DNA of 64,000 nt, from positions 64,001 through 128,000 of IMG/VR virus record IMGVR_UViG_3300045988_130750; one strand, given 5' to 3'. This DNA is from a virus. The position numbers and the translations under genes were made by a program. This document shows, piece after piece, positions 9,100-15,028 of this stretch (position 1 is the stretch's first letter; the number at the start of each line of letters is the position of its first letter). A model generated the notes under the pieces. The model did not search any database. It saw only the letters and a program-made list of their open reading frames with translations, and was not told where the DNA came from.

Positions 9100-9307
9100 G
9101 CAATACATATCATGAGTGCTGACAAGAAGCATTCAGCTTGTTCTATACTTCTCAAGTCAAAAGAAGTAGTGTATAATAATAAAGGTAGTCTAAAATCGAA
9201 AGAGATTAGATAGAGGTTGAGGTTTATAGCAAGTTACTTATGGTAACGAATGGAAAATAATTTCCAATGAATCCAAGTTTTCTTTTGAAACAGAAAGGAA
9301 TTATTTT

Positions 9308-9634
9308 ATGAAATATGCAAATAGATTAACTGATGAAGAATTAAGAGAAGTATATGGCTTATTTATTGATTCAGACGGAAAAATCAATGAACTAAATATT
9401 ACAAGAGATGAACGTTCTATTGGGCTTGAGGGATATGTAGAGATTCCTGAAATTGAAGAAGAGAGACTAAAAGAAGACCCGAATGCAACTATTATCATTG
9501 ATGATGATTATGAAATTACAGATTATGATGTCAAAGTATATCACCATTCAGGTAATTGTACGCCAGATTATAGAAAATGGATGTATAACAAATTTGGTGA
9601 TGAATATGCAAGAGATTACTTATTTAATGACTAA
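9308..9634 (+). CDS. hypothetical protein
   Basis: ATG follows AGAAAGGAATTATTTT. Confidence 0.6.
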   Translation: MKYANRLTDEELREVYGLFIDSDGKINELNITRDERSIGLEGYVEIPEIEEERLKEDPNATIIIDDDYEITDYDVKVYHHSGNCTPDYRKWMYNKFGDEYARDYLFND

Positions 9635-9668
9635 GAAATCTAAGTTTCATGCCAAGAAGGGAGTAATA

Positions 9669-9881
9669 ATGGGTAGAAGTATTTATTTTACAAATAGAGA
9701 ATTACAACAACTTAGAAATTATGTGTTTGAAGCAGTTGATATTTTAGGTGAAGCATCAGAAACATATGAACAGGTGGACAAAGATATGGAAAATGGACTA
9801 GGTTCTGCTTTGCGAAAATTGTACAAAGGATGCAATGGTGAGGTGAAATATGCTAAATATAAAACAAAACGAGATTCTTAA
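9669..9881 (+). CDS. hypothetical protein
   Basis: Start refined to ATG 9669 after AAGGGAGTAATA. The longer track ORF from 9483 overlaps the previous gene and runs through the TTTC box at 9645-9651. Confidence 0.6.
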   Translation: MGRSIYFTNRELQQLRNYVFEAVDILGEASETYEQVDKDMENGLGSALRKLYKGCNGEVKYAKYKTKRDS

Positions 9882-9945
9882 TAGTAGGTAGACAATATAA
9901 TAATTATGTTGGAAGTGAAATTTAACTTTCAAAGGTGATGATTTT

Positions 9946-10260
9946 ATAAAAAAGACCGAAAAATTTGAAATTATTAGATGGTATATAAAACACAATATCA
10001 ATATTACAAAAACAATAGATATAAATTCTATAGATAGACTAAGAGAACTTGAAGAAATCGTCAGAACAAATAAAAATGTTTTTGGCGAAGTATCAAGATG
10101 TTATCAATGTACATCTGATGGAAAGAGTTTTTGTAATAGATGTGCAAATTGTGTAGAATGGCATTGGAATTCTGACATTCCTGATGATGAATGTGTAGAT
10201 AATTATAGATTTAGATATCAATATTGGAAAACATTTTATGATATTGAGAATGAGAAATAA
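9946..10260 (+). CDS. Cys-rich hypothetical protein with no canonical start codon
   Basis: The frame is open 9919-10260 (114 codons, CxxC..CxxC motifs) and has no in-frame ATG, GTG or TTG. ATA 9946 lies 7 nt after AAAGGTGA. TTTC box at 9927-9935. Confidence 0.45.
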   Translation: MKKTEKFEIIRWYIKHNINITKTIDINSIDRLRELEEIVRTNKNVFGEVSRCYQCTSDGKSFCNRCANCVEWHWNSDIPDDECVDNYRFRYQYWKTFYDIENEK

Positions 10261-10294
10261 CTGGAAATTCGACTTTCAAAGGAAGGTGATATAA

Positions 10295-10525
10295 ATGAAA
10301 TTTAAAGTAGGAGATAGAGTATTTCACAAAAATTTAAGATTATTTGGTACATTTGTTGGATATGCTTGGGAATCGAATGAAGAAGCTGATGTAGATTTTG
10401 AAATGGAAGATGGATATGTAGAACAAAGACATGTTTCCATAAATCAATTAGATAAACAGCCGAGTGATGAAGAAATCGGGAAATTGATAGCAAGATATAA
10501 TAGTGGCATTAAAGAGAAGAAGTAA
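10295..10525 (+). CDS. hypothetical protein, paralog of 1417..1593
   Basis: ATG follows GGAAGGTGATATAA. TTTC box at 10274-10282. Confidence 0.65.
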   Translation: MKFKVGDRVFHKNLRLFGTFVGYAWESNEEADVDFEMEDGYVEQRHVSINQLDKQPSDEEIGKLIARYNSGIKEKK

Positions 10526-10543
10526 AAGATTGAGGTGATGTAG

Positions 10544-10741
10544 ATGGTAAATATGACACTTAAAGAACTGGTAGAATATGAAAGTACATTAAATAGTTTG
10601 CAGCAAGAATATGAAGGAAAATTGAGTAAATTATACGGAGAATCCGATACTTCAAGTGAAAAGAGGAGACTAACAATTGTTTTGAATCTTATTATTGAAG
10701 AAAGACAGAAAGTAAATCGTCAAAAATATAAACCAGTGTAG
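10544..10741 (+). CDS. hypothetical coiled-coil protein
   Basis: ATG follows TTGAGGTGATGTAG. Confidence 0.6.
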   Translation: MVNMTLKELVEYESTLNSLQQEYEGKLSKLYGESDTSSEKRRLTIVLNLIIEERQKVNRQKYKPV

Positions 10742-10822
10742 TAAATGACGATTTCAAATGGATTTTTTGGATTGATTAGTCATATAATATATTAGAAATT
10801 ATTGAAAAATGGAGGTAATTGT

Positions 10823-11152
10823 ATGTTTACACTTAATAAAGGAATTAATTATGTAACAATGAAATGGTATATGGAGAATTTAAAAGAGAAAATTGATATC
10901 CGTGATGTCAATATTGCAAACTATAATACAACTGAATTAGAAAATGTTATCAAAGATATTATATCTAATATTAGTATTGGTAATATTGCTGTCACAGAAA
11001 AATATGTGGTGGTAGAAGGAAGAAAACGTATTTATGCCATTAATGCTTTTATTGATGGTAAAATCAAATTCTCAAATAAATATTATACAGAGTTATCAAA
11101 AGAAGAATTTGATATTTTCAATAATTATGAATTAGGAATTTTTGTTGGATAA
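10823..11152 (+). CDS. small protein with a DUF262/ParB-like core motif
   Basis: ATG 10823 follows ATGGAGGTAATTGT. IGNIAVTEKYVVVEGRKRIYAINAF resembles the DUF262 ...y.iiDGqQRl... segment. Confidence 0.4.
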   Translation: MFTLNKGINYVTMKWYMENLKEKIDIRDVNIANYNTTELENVIKDIISNISIGNIAVTEKYVVVEGRKRIYAINAFIDGKIKFSNKYYTELSKEEFDIFNNYELGIFVG

Positions 11153-11208
11153 TTCAAAAGAAAAATTGCTTTCTTGCTGAAAGCAAATCAAATACAGAAA
11201 TAAGTATT

Positions 11209-11236
11209 AGAAGCGAAAATTAATCGCTTCTTTTTT
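11209..11236 (+). terminator. intrinsic terminator
   Basis: AGAAGCGA-N7-TCGCTTCT followed by TTTTT. A second hairpin, TTGCTTTC-N5-GAAAGCAA, lies just upstream at 11167-11187. Confidence 0.7.
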
Positions 11237-11262
11237 AATACAGAAAAATGAGGTGACGAAAA

Positions 11263-11550
11263 ATGAATATGGGAAATCCAAAAAGAGTGTCAAGATTTAT
11301 ATGTTGTAAACATTTAGGAGAGAATTATATAGGATCTGGCATACAGAGATATGGACATCAGAGAGAAAAATTTCATTGCAAGGATCTATTTTGTTTGCAA
11401 TGTAACGAAATTACAAAAAATTTAGAAATTCGATGGTGTGATGATTATTTGGAAGTATATGAAATGGCTCAACAAATTAGATCATGCTATTATACAGATA
11501 AAATGGAGAATAATAATGATAGAAAGGTGGTTGATGAACATGTGTTATAA
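11263..11550 (+). CDS. Cys/His-rich hypothetical protein
   Basis: ATG follows AATGAGGTGACGAAAA. Several C/H clusters (CCKH...HCKDLFCLQC). Confidence 0.55.
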   Translation: MNMGNPKRVSRFICCKHLGENYIGSGIQRYGHQREKFHCKDLFCLQCNEITKNLEIRWCDDYLEVYEMAQQIRSCYYTDKMENNNDRKVVDEHVL

Positions 11551-12553
11551 AGCAGAAGTTCAAAAGCGAAACGAAGAGAAGTTAAACAAAATGTTGAGAA
11601 ACGAGAATGTTCCTGATTTTATTCAAGATTATTTTTTATCTATTTCGAGCAGAGCAGCAAGAATAAATTATTGGACAACTATTCGTAACACATTGAATTG
11701 GTTAATTGAAAAGAAATATATTGAATGTAAATCAATATCTGATATTTCACCTGAAATATTAGATAAGGTAACGGATTCAAAAATTATTAGATATTTAGAT
11801 TATTTAAAGGAGACTGGAATTAAACTTAGTACATTAGTCACAAAGAAAAACCAGTTGAGTAGTTTCTGGCAGTGGATGAAAGATCGTCATTATTGCAAGG
11901 ACAATATAATACAGTTAATCAAATCAAATGAATATAAAGCAGTAAAGACAAATCGTATGAAAATGCAGAAAATGCCTTTGTATGAAGATATCCAGGAGAT
12001 GATTGAAAAAATAAACCATAAACCAGATGAGTTCATTAGAATTAGAAATATGTGTGTCCTTAGAGTTTTGCGTGGTACTGGTTTAAGAGAGTCAGAGTTA
12101 GCAAATCTTGATTTAGGGGATATATATTTAGATGAAAAATTTATAGATGCATATCATGTAAGACCGTATTCGCTTGTAACAAGTAAAGGAACTTATGATT
12201 ATTCAGATGAAGCTAAAGATATTGTTTATTTAACAAAAGATGCAATTTCAGCTTTAACCGAATGGATTGAATACAGAAATACACTTGATTTTATTATTGA
12301 CAAAGATGCATTATTTCTTAATAAAAATGGAAAGCGTATGAATGAAGATAACATCAAAGCAATGTTTAGAATCTACAGTGGTGGGAAATTAACACCGCAC
12401 ATGATGAGACACGAATATACAACAGTTCTTCAAAGAGAATCAAACGATCCTACATTTGTTAGAGAACAAGGCAGATGGAAGTCAAACGCAATGATGAATA
12501 ATGTGTATGATTCAGGAGCTAGTAGATCCGCAAGTGTTTTGGAGAATATGTAA
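11516..12553 (+). CDS. int: tyrosine recombinase / phage integrase
   Basis: Start refined to ATG 11516 after GGAGAATAATA. LRGTGLRESELANL (box I Arg), HMMRHEY (H-x-x-R) and GRWKS..MMNNVY (catalytic Tyr region). Confidence 0.85.
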   Translation: MIERWLMNMCYKAEVQKRNEEKLNKMLRNENVPDFIQDYFLSISSRAARINYWTTIRNTLNWLIEKKYIECKSISDISPEILDKVTDSKIIRYLDYLKETGIKLSTLVTKKNQLSSFWQWMKDRHYCKDNIIQLIKSNEYKAVKTNRMKMQKMPLYEDIQEMIEKINHKPDEFIRIRNMCVLRVLRGTGLRESELANLDLGDIYLDEKFIDAYHVRPYSLVTSKGTYDYSDEAKDIVYLTKDAISALTEWIEYRNTLDFIIDKDALFLNKNGKRMNEDNIKAMFRIYSGGKLTPHMMRHEYTTVLQRESNDPTFVREQGRWKSNAMMNNVYDSGASRSASVLENM

Positions 12554-12559
12554 ACGACA

Positions 12560-12733
12560 CTATTTATTGGTGTCGTTGTCAAACTTAGATACTTCATTTG
12601 TTACAAGATTACGAATCCAACCAGAAAGAGATCTACCATCTGCCGTTGCAATTTTTGCAGCTCTTTCTTTTACATCTTTAGAAAGAACTACCATAACCCT
12701 TGTGTTTTCATCTTTGATTTTTCCTTGTGGCAT
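12560..12733 (-). CDS. ribbon-helix-helix (CopG/Arc-type) DNA-binding protein
   Basis: 57-aa minus-strand ORF not in the track: MPQGKIKDENTRVMVVLSKDVKERAAKIATADGRSLSGWIRNLV... SD is AAAGGAGA, 8 nt upstream. It replaces the antisense track ORF 12501..12764. Confidence 0.7.
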   Translation of the reverse strand: MPQGKIKDENTRVMVVLSKDVKERAAKIATADGRSLSGWIRNLVTNEVSKFDNDTNK

Positions 12734-12763
12734 AGTAAGTATCTCCTTTATTAATATAAGTTG

Positions 12764-12792
12764 ATTATAAGTTGTTGCAAACTATATGTCAA
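12764..12792 (-). promoter_or_regulatory. consensus sigma-A promoter for the RHH gene
   Basis: Read on the minus strand: TTGACA (12792-12787), 17-nt spacer, TATAAT (12769-12764). Confidence 0.7.
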
Positions 12793-12819
12793 TTATTTTT
12801 AAAAAATGACATAAACCTA

Positions 12820-12848
12820 TTGACAAGTTGATGACAACTTGCTATAAT
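12820..12848 (+). promoter_or_regulatory. consensus sigma-A promoter for the MazF-like operon, with a palindrome in the spacer
   Basis: TTGACA (12820-12825), 17-nt spacer, TATAAT (12843-12848). The inverted repeat CAAGTTG-ATGA-CAACTTG overlaps the -35 hexamer and spacer. Confidence 0.75.
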
Positions 12849-12904
12849 GCAAACTATCAAAGGTAATCCAAAGTACATAAACACAAAAGAGAGGAGGAGT
12901 ACAT

Positions 12905-13285
12905 ATGGATTTACAGAGATACGACATAATAAAGGCAAAAATTAATTATGAAGGAAATTCAGTACAAACGAATGAAAGACCTTATGTAATAGTAAGTAAT
13001 CCATTGGGTACAAAATATGCTCCGATTATAACAGTGATGCCTTTGACAAGTAAGATTAAAAAGACAAACATGCCTTGTCATGGATGTATTCAAGCAAATG
13101 AAAATAATGGATTAACATTATATTCTATGGCATTAGGTGAGCAGATCACAACAATCTCAAAAGATGAAGTGATCTCAAAAATTGGAACTATTACTGATGA
13201 TAAAAATAAAAGAATGGTAGATAAAGTATGTTTTAATTCTTTATTTTTTGGAACAGACTACAAGCTTGAGGAGGTAATGGCATAA
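12905..13285 (+). CDS. PemK/MazF-family endoribonuclease toxin
   Basis: RYDIIKAKINYEG...ERPYVIVSNPLG...IITVMPLTSKIKK..MPCHGCI follows the PemK/MazF pattern (RP.v.vS ... P.TS). Strong SD, GAGAGGAGGAG. Confidence 0.75.
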   Translation: MDLQRYDIIKAKINYEGNSVQTNERPYVIVSNPLGTKYAPIITVMPLTSKIKKTNMPCHGCIQANENNGLTLYSMALGEQITTISKDEVISKIGTITDDKNKRMVDKVCFNSLFFGTDYKLEEVMA

Positions 13286-13551
13286 TGTATGTAGATAAGG
13301 AAGTAGCAAAAAGGATAATTGATGAGGCTCCTGGTAAAATATGGATAGATTCATTTAATGGTATTACCTTTATTCATACAAGACCAAGACAGATAACTGT
13401 TGACGAAGGAAAGAGAATAATAAATAAGGCAAACACAATTGATTATCAAGATAATGATTTCTTTGGATTGCTTTCGCTGGATGGAGTGCAGGAATTTATT
13501 GTGCATAATATTAAGTTTCCTCAACATTCCAATGATATTTGCAAGTCCTGA
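13285..13551 (+). CDS. hypothetical protein translationally coupled to the MazF-like gene
   Basis: The ATG overlaps the toxin stop (ATAATG). SD is GAGGAGGTAA. No family recognised. Confidence 0.6.
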   Translation: MYVDKEVAKRIIDEAPGKIWIDSFNGITFIHTRPRQITVDEGKRIINKANTIDYQDNDFFGLLSLDGVQEFIVHNIKFPQHSNDICKS

Positions 13552-13834
13552 AAATTGGACAGTCAATATAATATAATGCAAACAAAGAATGAAAAGAACG
13601 CTTTAATTGAAAAACTTAACGCAACAAAAAAGTTAGTAAACAGAAAAATTTGTTGCATTAACTTTTGCAGAAGAAAATGCGAGCCGCTATTTTGGCATGT
13701 AAACAATTAAGCATTTTTCAACAGTTTTAATCGAATTATATCACATAAAATACCAAAAAAACAGAAAATACAATGTTGAATGTATTAGAAAACCTTTTGA
13801 TTTTGCACTGAGTTTTTCATTTAAGGAATAAAAA

Positions 13835-13887
13835 GAACGTATGTACGAAAAAAAGTAATTGACAAATACGAACATATGTTCTATATT
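13835..13887 (+). promoter_or_regulatory. sigma-A promoter overlapped by two LexA (Cheo) boxes
   Basis: GAACGTATGTAC (13835-13846); TTGACA (13859-13864), 17-nt spacer, TATATT (13882-13887). The spacer contains CGAACATATGTTC (13869-13881), a perfect GAAC-N4-GTTC. Confidence 0.7.
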
Positions 13888-14095
13888 ATTCTTATAAAAA
13901 ATAAATATTGCAGTCTAACAAAATACAAACGGTATTGGCGTACCTCTTTTGATAGACTGCAAAGTAACACATATAGCAGAATTAAATTCCGCTTGATATT
14001 ATTGTACATAGATTTTATTAGAAAGTCAAGTTTTTAAACAATCAAGCATTTCTGCTAAATATTTCATATTTTACAATTTTAATTAAGAAAATTAT

Positions 14096-14167
14096 AGGAC
14101 TATCGCCAAGCGGTAAGGCACAGGACTTTGACTCCTGCATTCGCTGGTTCGAATCCAGCTAGTCCTG
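14096..14167 (+). tRNA. tRNA-Gln (anticodon TTG)
   Basis: Hand-folded cloverleaf: acceptor AGGACTA/TAGTCCT, D arm GCC..GGC, anticodon stem CAGGA/TCCTG with loop CTTTGAC, T arm GCTGG-TTCGAAT-CCAGC, discriminator G. Confidence 0.85.
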
Positions 14168-14213
14168 TTATATAATTTTACACTAAATCAAAAAAGAAAG
14201 AGGAGTGATAATA

Positions 14214-14822
14214 TTGGCACAATATGTTATTACAGATGGTTCTCGTTGGATTATGAAAGATAAAAATGGGAAATTTGTTCCCACATCTTGCGAACCGCTG
14301 GCTGATGTATTTGGTAATAAGGAAGTTAATTCGGTGTATCAAAACAATTTGCCGAAGGCATTGAAATCGGTCTTTCATATCGAGAAGATTGATAAGCCTC
14401 CAAAGTTGGTAAAGCAAATTACACATGCGGAAGTACAAGAGAATACAGAAACGGTGTCGGTTGCAGAAAATATCCAATATTGGGTAGATAAGGTATCTGG
14501 TTTGAATGGACTTGCTGCTGAAGCATTACATAGAAAAGAAGAATTGATTAATCAGTTAAGTGAAGTTGATAAGGAACTTTGCGATATTAATCATTACATA
14601 GAATTTTGCAACTTAAATGCAGCTCAGGGTTATAAAGCATACAAAATGATCAAGGATCGGAGAATAAAGAGACGAAGTATTAAAAATGAGTTGGATGTTC
14701 TTAGTATTATTCTTGGAAAGAAAATATCTGAATCTGTCAGTGATGAATTACAAAAGATGATTAACGGATTAGATGGAAGAAAATATGAGCCAAGAGTAAT
14801 GAATGAGTTATTCGATTTCTAA
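14214..14822 (+). CDS. hypothetical protein with C-terminal coiled coil
   Basis: TTG 14214 lies 8 nt after AGAGGAG; the track start GTG 14205 sits inside the SD. First CDS downstream of the LexA-box promoter. Confidence 0.6.
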   Translation: MAQYVITDGSRWIMKDKNGKFVPTSCEPLADVFGNKEVNSVYQNNLPKALKSVFHIEKIDKPPKLVKQITHAEVQENTETVSVAENIQYWVDKVSGLNGLAAEALHRKEELINQLSEVDKELCDINHYIEFCNLNAAQGYKAYKMIKDRRIKRRSIKNELDVLSIILGKKISESVSDELQKMINGLDGRKYEPRVMNELFDF

Positions 14823-14836
14823 ATGAGGTGATAAAA

Positions 14837-15010
14837 ATGATTTGTAGAGATTGTCGTATTCCAATGCAAAATATAATGTCATTTTCATCGGACAAGCATG
14901 AAAAGTTTTGCAGGTGTCCGAAGTGTTTTGGAGAAACCAAGCACACAAAAATCAAAGATGATGACTTAGATTTTGTAGAAGTATTACATAGGGAAATGAA
15001 CAGGAAATAA
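14837..15010 (+). CDS. small zinc-ribbon protein
   Basis: ATG 14837 follows ATGAGGTGATAAAA. Contains CRDC...CRCPKC. Confidence 0.6.
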   Translation: MICRDCRIPMQNIMSFSSDKHEKFCRCPKCFGETKHTKIKDDDLDFVEVLHREMNRK

Positions 15011-15028
15011 TGTAAGGTGGTGTATCAA

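Noticed and set aside
12501-12764. 87-aa + strand track ORF overlapping the end of int
   Set aside because: It has no SD and a hydrophobic, low-complexity translation. It is exactly antisense to a much better RHH-type ORF (12560..12733, minus strand) that has its own SD and consensus promoter.
13576-13710. 44-codon + strand ORF (MQTKNEKNALIEKLN...) in the non-coding stretch after the MazF operon
   Set aside because: No SD (the ATG is preceded by TATAATATA). It sits in a region better explained as regulatory or attP-like DNA.
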